A DNA stretch of 64,000 bases from Microbotryum violaceum (Eukaryota), in NCBI GenBank assembly GCA_001244265.2, contig LN717261.1:1317591-1381590 (forward strand), in the 5' to 3' direction. Below, in pieces: positions 18,673-37,096 of this stretch. The notes beneath the pieces are model-generated. The model worked only from the letters and a program-made list of their open reading frames with translations, was not told where the DNA came from and did no database searches. The position numbers and the translations under genes were made by a program. The stretch's first letter is position 1. Each line of letters opens with the position of its first letter.

Positions 18673-20335
18673 TCAACAGTGCCTTGCCCCTTTTGTGGTA
18701 CCCGCGCGCGTCAAAGCGCTGCTCGTGCCCAAGTCCGCGCTCGAACCAGCGTCGCTCGAGGCAGTTGCAACAAAGGGGCGGATGGATGACGTTGGCGGAT
18801 CTGAGGCATCGACTTCTATCTCTGTAAGCCTCCCCAAGACTGGCGGTTTGTGACCAAGTAATGGCTTAGCCGCTAGCATGCTAACATCACGACCGCGGGA
18901 GGGGTCGGTAAGCAAAGCTTGAATCACTCTGACGTCGTTCCCACCCATGTTCATTGTGGCTTGAGCATTTGCCAGCAACGACCATCTCGATGCCCATGTA
19001 TTAATGTGCTCTGGCATCTGTGTGAGAATTGTGCTTCAGCTCAACATCACCATTCAGTGTGACACAGACGCGACATACTTTGTAAAAGATGTCTACTCCG
19101 TTGGCATACTTGTTCCAAAGCTCGGTAATCTCCAATATCCGAAGATTTTGAGGAGCTCCCAGTCGTATCTTGCTTGAGAGATATCTGTATAGCGCTCGTT
19201 CGCTGGGTGTATGGACATGTAATACAGCGAATCGAGTACCCTGACGTTCCGCTAGCCAGTCGTGGCGAAGCTTGCGATCGGTTAGCAGCCGGCTTTGCAT
19301 ATGCTGTATTGCCAACGTATTGTTTTGCAGCAAGTTCCGTGGCGACCACTTGACGGGCTCCAAACGCAGAGTCCCGCGCTCGACGTGATAGGGCTCGATC
19401 AAAAAGCCCATTTACGCTGTTGGCAACTGAACAGGTACGATGCCGAATGTTTCGGTGGATGGGGTGTAGAGCAGCGGGTTGACTATATCTGACACAGTGG
19501 TTGAGTGCCGTGGGAGAAATGCCGAGGTCTTGCGCCTTAGACAATGTAATTCCACAGTGAGCCAGAGGTCGTAGTGCCCCACAAATGGTTTCCCGGTACG
19601 ATTGAACGTCCCAACCTGCGAATACAAGGGATAGTGGGTGAGAAAGGTGGCTGCTTCTTCGAATCGCGATGGTGAAGTTGGACTGACCATGAGATTGTGC
19701 ACTAGCACGTAGTCAGCCAAGCACGCATTGGCATGGCACGGAGAAACACCCGACATTGGAAACCGTTGGCGAAGGTTCCGGTGGATGCCTTCTTCGAGAC
19801 TGTTGGTGCCGCGCTGGCAGGAATATAAACGGACACCGTCATCCGCCTTTCCATCTGGCCCTCCGCAAGGCCCAAGGTCGGTGTACAGCTCGATGCCAAC
19901 TGGATCCGAGACTTGGCCTTTCTGAATCGCCTCAAGACATCTCTTTGCTGCCTCGTGCGCCGCTTTATTGAAAAGTGGTTGCTTCGACTTCGCATCAATC
20001 AATGGTCCGAACTTCTCAAAGACCTCCCGGACCAAAGGCTCGAGAATGCTTGGCGGAGGGATCCATCGACGAACGCGTCTCCAAAGCTTCTTATTCCATA
20101 CCGGCGAACGGACGGCTTCTTCCCACATCATTCCGAGTTTTGCTAGGCGAGCCTCCATCAGGAGTCGATCATCCGCATTCGGGATGAAAACCGCATCGGA
20201 GAACGCGCGAGCAAAGGCTTTGGCAGCGCCATGTTTTTTGGACACATAGATCCGGTCAAAGAAATGCCAGAGATTGATTAGAATCCGCACAGCGGTCTCG
20301 TCTGAGGAAGGGACTAGTGAAAGGGGATAGTTCAA
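18673..20335 (-). pseudogene. C-terminal remnant of a Mutator-like (DxxH-type) DDE transposase
   Basis: RILI(N)LWHFFDRI is a decayed DxxH motif. Also RRWIPPP, SDPVGIELY, RGTNSLEEGIH (catalytic E region) and GHYDLWL; introns and a stop are present. Confidence 0.65.
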
Positions 20336-20577
20336 GATACATACATCAACTCCAGTCCCGGTGCCAGGACTGGGGCAAGTCTGTAGTAACTGACCTTTGC
20401 TTGTTGCAGCCTTGCCCCAGATAGCTTTGCCAACTGCTACATTTTGTCATCCGTGTTATCGGCGCTTCGTTTCCGAAAGAAGCTTGACAGCAGTTGCATC
20501 GTAGGATATGGCATGTTGCAGCATGAAGACAAGGGATGGCCGCGTGCGACACGCCTGATTGCGCCAACTCAAGTGCG

Positions 20578-20712
20578 CTAACTCAAGTGTGCCAACTCAA
20601 CTCGGTGCGCCAACTCACGCGCGCGCGGTGCGCCAACTCGGGCGCCCGACTGCGCCAACTCAAATACTCAAGTGCACTAACTCAATTTGGCGCGCGCGAG
20701 TTAGCGCAAGCG
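20578..20712. repeat. Array of GCGCCAACTC-like motifs, probably subterminal repeats of a DNA transposon
   Basis: About 8 direct copies plus an inverted copy (GAGTTAGCGC). Confidence 0.7.
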
Positions 20713-21849
20713 CACCCCCCCGCACCGGTACCGCCCCGCAACTTTCTTTTCCCACACTGACACCGGTGCTTTTCCGGCACATCAAGTGCCCCTGAGCTCA
20801 TGGATTCGCACGCTTGACATGAACTTTATTGTTGTTGGCGTGAGTTGCGTCATCGATCTTGAAAATAGGAACCTACAAATGCGATTTTCACCCAGGCCCA
20901 GCCCGGTGTTGCGAGGGCAGGGGTGGGGCAAGCTTGATCAGCATCGCAAACCGCATGTCACGAGCCGTCGTGAGCCGCGACCCAGCGAGGCAGCCGGCAT
21001 TTCATACGGCAGCGCCGGGACTTTCTTCCTCCGGCAAGGGCAAGTTTGCGCTCGGGTTGATCTTGGAGGTAAGGGGGTTCATCTTGGCAGTCAGTCCCCT
21101 CTGGTTAAAGGCTTTCTGTTTCAGCTCCGATGTAAAGGGGGGCCATGCGTTCAGGAGGTAAAGTGGTCGAACTAGCCTGGCAACGAACATTCAGGGACCA
21201 AAGTTGTCGACAAAAAAGCACCTTGGCGGTGACGGGAGTGAACTGAATCTCCCAAGAAAGGCCATTCGCCTCGAAAATAGTTCGAACCACCACCTGATCT
21301 CAGTAACGGGAGCAATGGTTCAGCGCTCTTGCTGTAGGCATTGAAGCTGCCGAGAGTGATGCCCAGCAGGCCAGCCCAAGTTCCGGGGAGACCGCAAAAA
21401 CCTGGACTCCCTATTGTCACTCACACTCTTTCGCATTACGAGTGCTATACTGCTCCACGTATCGGAACAAAGGAATACCAAAAAACATCCGAGGAGCGAG
21501 AACCCATATACAGACAAACTCAGGCCCGGGTGGGGTGGATCATGTGGTGGTGGCCATCCTCTTGGATCCTAATCGCTTCCCACACTTGTACTGCCCAGGG
21601 CTTGAAGAAGAACCAAGTATCGAGTGCTCGCCTTTAAATTCCGACGAGGAGTCAGATGAAGAGAAACAAAGGACGAGCATGGAGCTGTGCTAGGATCAAG
21701 CCTGAAGCAGGACTCACATCCGACCTCCGACATGTTCGCCTTCTGAGTCAACTGGTCCCAATGCTGAGTCCGCTGCGCCCAGCCTTTTAGGATTAACAGT
21801 CAAGCTTCAGGGGTCAGTATGCAAGAGCTGTGGTACTTGGGCTCCCATT

Positions 21850-22025
21850 GGAGTCATTTTGGTAGCATCTCGGGCTCAGGAGTCGAGTCGAGTCATTTCG
21901 GGCCGGGTTCTGGAATCATTTCGGACGTAGTGGGGTCGGGTTCTGGGGTCATTCCGGACATAGCGGGGTCGAGTTCAGGAGTCATTTCGGACAAAGTTGG
22001 GTAGCGTTTGGGAGTCGTTTCAAGT
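21850..22025. repeat. Degenerate tandem repeat of about 33 bp (GGAGTCATTTCGGAC...GGGGTC)
   Basis: 5-6 recurrences of the G(A/G)GTCATTTCGG core. Confidence 0.7.
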
Positions 22026-22141
22026 CCCATTGGTTCGGGAAGGGTCAAGCCGCCGGTTTTGGCAGATTTCTCAGCGGTTAAGCGGTTCCGGATAAACTCA
22101 GTACCTCGGTGACTCAAGACTTGACTATCAGCGACAAATCA

Positions 22142-24571
<2,430 letters not shown>

Positions 24572-24577
24572 ACTTAG

Positions 24578-27120
24578 TGTCTGAGTGGATTATATTCTTG
24601 CGCGTGGGCCTATGCCTTTGCAATGCGGACTCCCTTGTTTAGCTTTTCTTTAATCACTTGTTCCTCAACTATCGGTTCTGACACTGCTGCGTATCATTCT
24701 ACTGCTGCCACTTCTATAGGTAGTGCACTTTTACTTCAGGTTATGAGCTCGACACTCTACGTTGAAACAGGCGATGGGGACGCAACCCCTGCCGATCTGA
24801 TCTCCTACCACTCAAGATCATCAGCAAAATGGCCAAACGCGCGTAAGCGCGCAAAACCTTGTAAAGCAGTCGTTAAGCGGCCTAAAGCTGCTCTTAAGCG
24901 CCCTTAACCATTCGTTAAGCTGCGCGCGCGTTAAGTGTCGCTTAGTGTACCCTAGATAAGGGACTCTTACGGCGCACTTACGGCGCACTTACAGCGCGCT
25001 TAAGACTCCTCGCACGCTTTGTTTGCATATGCAGAGCGGTCCGTAAGCGCTCTTATGCGCATCCTTATGCGCATCTTATGCACCATTAAGCGCTGTTAAG
25101 CGCGCGTAATCTCGGGCAAATCCTTAAGCGGGTTTGTGCGCGTGGCCATTTTGCTGATGTCATCAGATGTCAACCAAGTACCGATACTCAAGACAGGCAA
25201 CTACCATGCCTGGGAACGTGGTTTGAAACTCGTTCTGGTCAACCACAACTTATGGGGATGGTCAGCCTCGGTTTTTCAAAAACCGAAGCCTCCGCCCTGG
25301 GACTTGGCCTTCGCCCCGGTGCGGGCCCTCGTCTCACAATATTCAATCTGCTCCTGGCGCCCAAACTGCTCACCGCGCACCAAAAGGTGCTACTTAAACA
25401 AGACGCCAAGGCTCAATCCCTTATCCTGAACTACCTCGACCCCGACAACGCTGTCACCGCTCGCGCTTGCATGACTGCAAATGAGATGTGGAAGAGATTA
25501 CATGACAACCATGTCGGACTGATCTCTGATCAAGTTCGATTTTTAACGGCACAACTTCGCAATCTTCAATTCTCGAAAGGAAAAGAGATTGTGAAGCACT
25601 TCACCAGTATACAAGATCTGTTCACTTAACTCGACGAGCTTGGCCAATCTTTTGATGACATTTACAAGTTGAATCTGATGCTGGACTCGGTCACTCATCC
25701 CGCCTGGGCTTTGACTTTGGACAATCTTCGTTGTCCGCTTGCTCCACCGGCGGAAATCATTACCTACACTCGGCCGGGTCCAAGTTGACTTTGCTCAAAC
25801 TTAAAGCTTGGTTCTCACCTCAATCTACTCCACCTGTCAACTGACTTTCGGATATTTCGCCTACTACTCTCGCCGCTCGTATTTCGGATGCGAGTCAGGG
25901 AAATGGTGGAAAGCGGGGGGGCTTGAAGAGGAACCAAGGACCGAAGCGTAAACCCGACTGCGTCTGTACTGCTTGCGGGGAAAATAGACATTGGTCCATC
26001 AACATGAAGGGCCCTCAACACAAATGACACTCCGAACGGAAATCCAAGTCTGGTAGTTTGGCTGTCGATGCAAATGCGGTGACTGAAATGTCAACAAACC
26101 ATACCATTTACTCCATCGGTGAATCTTTGGGTGCCGCCCCGCTCCAAAACACATGGATTGGCAATACTGGTGGTCATTGTCACTTTGTTGGTGATTGTTC
26201 ATTTTGCGAAACTTCACTCTCGACCCGGTCATGGTCCGTGTAGCCAATGGTTCCCCGGTTCTCTGCAAAGGCTATGGTTCCATTACCGTTTGCACAAACA
26301 AGAACCATACACTCAACATTCAGAAGGTTTATCACCTCCCCGGCGCTGAACAAGGTCTAGTCTCTTTCAAGGCACTCTGTATTGCCGGAGCTAAACTATT
26401 GTTCAGAGATGACGGTTTGACTATCAACCTGCATGTTGGCAATAGCATTGTTGCCAGCACCAGGATTGACACAGATTACAACTTCAACTTCACTGTGGTC
26501 CCTGAAGAACCTGTCAATGCTGTCACTCAATCCTCGACTAGCGCTTCGCTCTATTCTTGGCACTTGTTTTTCAACCATATTTCGCAATTTTCGCTCCTTG
26601 CCCTGCATTGTGCGGGAGCGGTCACTGGCCTTTGCTTGACTGACACAACCGTTGTCGACGGCAAATCGTGCTTCCTTACTCGAATGACGGCAACTCCTCA
26701 TAATCAACAATCCCGCGGGGTAGATCACGTTCTGTATTGCATCTCTATGGATTTGGGATTTGTCGACTATGAAGACTTCCAAGGCCGATCAATCTATCTT
26801 GTTATTGTCAATCAGTTCTCAAACGCGAAGTTCACCTATCCGCTTGTCTCCAAAACAGCCGCCGTCGTACTCAAAGCATGGGATTCGTTTATCACCTACG
26901 CCAAACGCCTGAGTCAAAAGGTCAAGTTTGTTTGTTCCAACAATGGTACTGAGTTTGTCAATCAACTTCTTGGTGATGAGTTCCGTCATCTTGGTATCAC
27001 ACACGAAACTACCGCACGTTACACCCCGCAACAAAATGGTCAAGCCAAACGAGCTAATCTGCAAGGATCTGAACGCCTCCAACTCCTGACACGAGCAACT
27101 GCAGGCGCTTTCCTTTGGTC
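24578..27120 (+). mobile_element. Copia family D, 5' half (LTR, PBS, gag, protease, integrase), heavily mutated
   Basis: LTR at about 24578-24738, PBS GGTTATGAGCTC, gag VPILKTGNYHAW, zinc knuckle. Protease WIG(N)TGG and integrase SMDLG / CS(N)NGTEF / TPQQNGQA(K)RAN. Confidence 0.9.
24820..25158. mobile_element. MITE (ATCAGCAAAATGG family), 339 bp, inserted in Copia D gag
   Basis: TIRs ATCAGCAAAATGGCCA / TGGCCATTTTGCTGAT and internal TTAAGC repeats. Removing it restores the gag reading frame. Confidence 0.88.
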
Positions 27121-27699
27121 TTGAACAACGCTCTTCTTTCAGAGGTTCAACATCTCTCACATTTGGTCTGGATCAGCACTGTCAGGTATCAAGTCCGTGC
27201 CTTGGGTTTGGGATTCATTGGGATCAGAGACTGGCAGAGGAGAGGTGGTTCGGTTGGAGGAAGTGGTTTCCAAGTGGAGTTTATTGAGCTTGGACCCATG
27301 CTTAGTTTGACTGGCTCTCTTGTGCTCGCTTGCCTCTCTGGCTTAGAATCATCTATCATCACCGCCTAGTTTCTTTTGTATCTTGTCATCGACCCCAGCT
27401 TCATTGCTGCTCTTCTCTTGATTGCAAGGTAGTCCTGATACAGCGTATACCTTTGGGTCTTCGTTGGGAGCAGCGCCTCGTGCTTTTGCCTTCGCATTCG
27501 AGTCACATATTCGACTCCGCATCCTCACCTCGTATCGAGCTCTTGTGTGCTCTTCTGGGTGTTGTCCCTCGGTCATCGACTTGCTTTACGGCTTAAGTCG
27601 ATCGTTCTCCCTGCTTGCTGTCGAGTCTTCCCAGCCAGCTCTGCATACCGTTTCGTGCGGTCCGTGTCGCCCCATGCAGGTTGCCCTGCCTCGATCTCG

Positions 27700-28172
27700 A
27701 CTACAACACTCGACTTCGAGGGAGTGGTCCTGTCACTCGTGATCTTCAACTGGAACTTGGCGTCAGTCTTGTCAGCGACACTCAGCTGGTCCGCATGCTC
27801 CTACTCCACATGGATGAGGAACTCTCTCAGCGACTCCGCCTATCCGATGTAATCAAAGGGACTGAGTTGTCACCCGGTGAACTTGACACCTCCATTATCA
27901 AAACCGACCCAAGTACCAGTCCCACCAACTTCGACTTCCAGACATTTGACACAGAAGCCAGGCGACTCTGGCAAGTCATCAGTGCCACTCGCGCTTCCAT
28001 GAAGGCGACCGCCCAAGCCTCAGCAAAAATTGTCCGCCCTACGCACACGTCACACACCATCAAATCGCTGCGCACTACCGTCTCACCGTCTACGCCGCCG
28101 CCATTGCCTTCCAAAATCCGACCACCTGAAAGGCACAAGATCACTCTCGAGCCTCACTGGCTCGCCACCTAG
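27700..28172 (+). pseudogene. Gypsy gag fragment
   Basis: [28 protein letters not shown]...[15 protein letters not shown] aligns by eye with [28 protein letters not shown]...[15 protein letters not shown] in the gag at 37415. Confidence 0.7.
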
Positions 28173-28173
28173 C

Positions 28174-28985
28174 TGACAGGTGCAAGTTATATGGATTGCA
28201 ACTAGCTTCTGGTGTCAGCCCAATGTACAAGAGTGCTGAGATATGGAACACCAGTAATACCTAGCTTCTGGTGTCAGCCCAATGGGGAGGGAACTGAAGA
28301 AACTAGGTGCGCGCAATCTCTATTTCTAATCCCTGTGGCCCGTAGTAAGGCGCGCGCCTTACACTCTCCCCGCCTTGAAACAAATCCCCTCCTCCGGTCA
28401 AAAATCCTACTCCTCGTTCCGACACTCCCACCTATCCAATGCCTCCGTATCCTCCAGTGCCTCGGCAGGCTCCCATGAATTGCTGTCTGACGGTCACGAG
28501 ACCCACGAGACAAGGTATTGCTGCTTGCCAGCACGGATCCTCTTGTTGACAATGTCTTCAATGATGTACTCTGGCTCGCCACCTACCTCCACTGGGCCCA
28601 GTTGCGCAGGTTCACGGTTGGGGAACAGGGTTGTGTTGTTCTTGCGGTAGGTCTTGAGCTTGCCCGTGTGAAAAAATGGTACCGCTGCATCGTCCCCGTT
28701 CAGCTGCAGGGTGTAGGACAAGATTTCCGGTTGGGCCTTGACAATGCGATAGGGACCGTCAAAGTGGTCCATGAGCTTGGCTGCGCGGCGCTTGCGGGTG
28801 TGGAGCCGCTTTCGGCGATCACTCGAGTCAAGAAGAACGAGATCTCCAACAGCCCAAGAGGGTTCATCCTGGCGCTTCTTGTTGGACTGTGCTGCCTGCC
28901 AAACCTTGGAAATGGCGAGCTGGTCCCGGGCGTCTTTGCAGGCTTGGAATCAAAGGGCAAGCAAGGCAAGTTGTCATCACCATAG
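28174..28985 (-). mobile_element. 3' remnant of a second chromovirus family (integrase C-terminus, chromodomain, PPT, LTR 28174-28363)
   Basis: FDGPYRIV..FHTGKLK..EYIIEDIVNKR..YLVSW, then a polypurine tract and a TG..CA LTR with an internal direct repeat. Confidence 0.85.
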
Positions 28986-30624
28986 TTTTTTTTTGTTTAA
29001 CTGGGCTCATAAATTACGATCCTTCGGGTTGGCTAGAATCGCTACAAAAAGAGCTAAAGGAGGTAATAAAGCAACGACGACAAGCAGCTGGGTGAAAATC
29101 AAACCCCTGCGTGCAGAGCGCTGCGCAGATCAAAGGCCGCCGAGCACCTAATGCGGACTCCAACAGGCGGTGAGTACTGCTGCCGCTTCACGTCCCAAGA
29201 GCGGGAGCAAAGATACTCGAAACCAGGCAAGAGCGCCTAGAGAAAGAAGGAAGAGAATATACAGAAAGTCACGACTGGGAACACGGAAAATCAGGAATAC
29301 TAAGACAGAGAGGAGGGGAACACACCCAAGGGGCCAAGGGAATGTCAGAGTGTATGTTGCTGTTTCATCCCACTTCTATTACCGATCATGATTAGTTACT
29401 AGTTGTTGATATTAGTCACCTCGCGCGCTCCTACTCTGCGCTTCTCTTCTTTCTCCAACTGTCTTTACTATCATCCTTGGCTCTCGTACTAAACGTATCT
29501 CATGCCTCGGTTTTAGGTTCTAATCAGGGAGGGGGTCGAAGCCGGAGGTAGAGGTCCCCAGGGACTAACGGGCCGCAGCCAAGCCCCAGCTACTCGTCAC
29601 CCCGACAGCGCCTGATGTCCTCCCTTGGCTGAATCTCGAGTGCTGGCTGTTGAGCCGTTGGGGCCGAGAGAAAAGTGGTCCAGTACAACAAAACGAGCCT
29701 CGCCTTGACGCAAGGATATTGACCAGAAATGAGCAACCTTCCTTCCCGGGCCATGCCGTAGATCTTGACCAACCCAAACAAACGAACCATTCAACGGAAT
29801 CCAACACACGGCTTAGGAGTAAAAGGAGAAGTGGCTGAAGCGTAGTCAACAACCGAGCAACAGGAACGAGAAGAGGAAGGGAAAGGAAAAACTTCACAAA
29901 GCCTCCAACGCAAAGACAATTGACCTGGCTTGCCGATCCATCCAAGAACAAAAAACCGCTACTGCGCAAAGTAGAGAGAGAGAGGTAGAGGTGCACAGCC
30001 TTCCACTGCGCAACAAGTTTCAAGACAGTCATCTTCTAAAAGAGGAGTTGACCTCCGAAAAAGAAGGGAGTAAAATGGGAAGGAAGGATTTAACTCGGTC
30101 ATCACACCTCCCAATCTCGAGCCCCAGGCACAAAACCCGCTCGAGAGAGAAAATCTCGCTAGAACGCTCTGAGTGCACTGGGGAGCGAGGGAGGGCCACG
30201 ACGCGGTCCTTCTCGAACCGCTGATGAACGCGCCAGCGGAGCAGGTGCAGCCGCTGGAAGCCGATCGCGCAAGCCAGCCGAACCCACATCCATTTCGAGG
30301 TCGTTCTCCCACGACCGCGCCAAAGGGGGAGCCCCATCGTCAGCTGCTCTAGTGAATGTCGACGGCTCGACGTCGGTATCCTCGATGCCGAGCTTGTCGA
30401 ACAGAATGCGAAGCACCCCGCCCCAGAAGCTGGTCGAGTACGCGCACTCGAAGAAGTAGTGCGACACCGTCTCGATGACCGCTGCATCGTTGCCGCAGAA
30501 CAGACACGTCGGCGAAGAGGCATGACCCTGAGTATGCTGCCTCTTGCGCGTCAGCGTCACGTCGTACATGAGCCGCCAGTGGGTGTCCTGCTCCACAGCA
30601 GACGCGAACCGGTCATGAAGCCAT
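28986..30624 (-). mobile_element. LINE copy 2 (3' about 1.5 kb), cut off by Copia A
   Basis: Reverse-complement match to about 2910-4395, with poly(T) at 28986-28995. Confidence 0.95.
29343..29526. mobile_element. Solo LTR (184 bp) inserted in the LINE 3' UTR
   Basis: Absent from LINE copies 1 and 3. TG..CA ends with near-perfect TSD GGGAA/GGGAG. Confidence 0.8.
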
Positions 30625-35393
<4,769 letters not shown>

Positions 35394-35934
35394 AAGGCGA
35401 GGCTCGTTTCGTTGTACTGGATCGCTTTTCTCTCGGCCCCGACGGCTCAACAGCCAGCACTCAAGATTCAGCCAAGGGAGGACATCAGGCGCTGTCGGGG
35501 TGACAAGTAGCTGGGGCTTGGCTGCGGCCTGTTAGTCCCTGGGGACCTCTACCTCCGGCTTCGACCCCCTACCTTGGCCCCTCGGGTGTGTTCCCCTCCT
35601 CTCTGTCTTAGTATTCCTGGTTCTCCGTATCCCCAGTCGTGACTTTCTGTATACTCTCCCCCTTCTTTCTCTAGGCGCTCTTGCCTGGTTTTCGAGTATC
35701 TTTGCTCCCGCTCTTGGGACGTGAAGCGGCAGCAGTACTCACCGCCCGTTGGAGTCCGCATTAGGTGCTCGGCGGCCTTTGATCTGCGCAGCGCTGTTTG
35801 CGCGCAGGGGTTTGACTTTCACCCAACTGCTTGCTGTCGTTGCTTTATAACCTCCTTTAGCTCTTTTTGTAGCGGTCCCAGCCAACCCGAAGGATTGCAA
35901 TTTATGAGCCCCAGTCAAAAAAAAAAAAAAAAAA
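35394..35934 (+). mobile_element. LINE copy 3 (3' UTR and poly(A))
   Basis: Matches 3861-4396; poly(A) at 35917-35934. Confidence 0.95.
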
Positions 35935-37096
35935 CAGTGACCAGGTGCGTGGCAGGCTGGACAAAGCGATGGCGTGGCGAGCATGGCCGAAGGCGAGGTG
36001 GAAAGTCCTGCCGAGCGAAGTTGGATGCGGATGCGGTCCGTGAGCGTTGTGAGTTCAGGAAGTTCACGCTGGCTTTGCTGCTCGTCCGTGAAGGTCAGGC
36101 GGAAGCTGTCAAGGCAGGACGGAACCATGGCAAGGACGTCGTTGAGCGACGTTTTGGCATTGCGGATTTCTTGTGCAACCGACATGTACTTGCGGAGCCA
36201 AGTGTCATATGCCTCGACGGAAGCGGGCATCTTCTTGATATCCCAAAGACGGGCAAAGAGTTCGAGGGTGTGCGTGGCATCGTCCGGTGCGAAACGAGCC
36301 TTGAGAGTCGCAAAAATGCGAGGGGCTGACAGCTGGTTGCTGGGGATGGCGTCTCGGGCCGCCGAGACGTTGGCTGAGTCAATAGAGCCAACGATGATCT
36401 CGCGGGCAGTGTCGTCACGGGCGGGCAGCTGCTCGGCCGTCCAGGTAGCGGGGATGACACCGTCAAGGACGTAGCTCCGAAGCTGGTTCGGGAGCGTCAG
36501 ACGGAGTTGACGCAACCAATTTGTAAAAGACTTGGGTCCGTCAAGGCGAGCGTGTTTGGGAAACACGACTTTGGATGCGGTGGTGGCGTGGACCGGCGTG
36601 GCTGCAACGGCCGGGGGCGTGGGGGCGGCAGCGGCTAGGGGCTGCAAGGCCTGCAGAGCGGCGAGTTGCGCCTGGAGAGTGGCGATTTGCGCGCTGAATG
36701 AGGGCTCAGGGGAGCTGGAATCCCTGGGCGGCAAGGGTGCGGCGGGAGGGCTGTCCATGCTGCGAGGGACGTGTGCGGTGCGAGTGGTTGGGCTCAAAAA
36801 ATCCCTCAAGGAGCAGCTGGTAGCTTGTTGGGCTCATAACCTATAAGACAATCACCACTACTGTCAGGAGGGGTTGATAGTCGAACAGAAGTGATGAGGA
36901 GGAAGCTAAGAACAGACAGGAGGCCCGCGCTGAGATAGGCCCAGTTGCGGGTGAAATTGCTAGTGTGCTAAGACAGTTGCGCGCGTCTAAGTCCCCACCG
37001 CAAGGGGGCGGCCTAGCAGGCACGCGCACGGATCCACCCGGCGCTGGCGCGCTGAGTCAGTCGCGCGCATCTAAGTCCCCAGCGCAGGGGGGCGGG
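35935..37096 (-). mobile_element. Copia family B 5' fragment (partial LTR, PBS, gag)
   Basis: PBS GGTTATGAGCCC at 36841-36830 and gag LDGPKSFTNW...CPACHAPGH. Cut by the LINE poly(A) on one side and a Gypsy LTR on the other. Confidence 0.85.

Noticed and set aside
20760-21800. Decayed Gypsy RT/RNase H on the minus strand
   Set aside because: Only a weak YSKSAEPLLPLLR-like trace; too degenerate to support.
35739-36809. 356-aa gag-LINE fusion ORF as a real chimeric protein
   Set aside because: It is read-through from truncated Copia gag into the antisense poly(A) and UTR of the inserted LINE.
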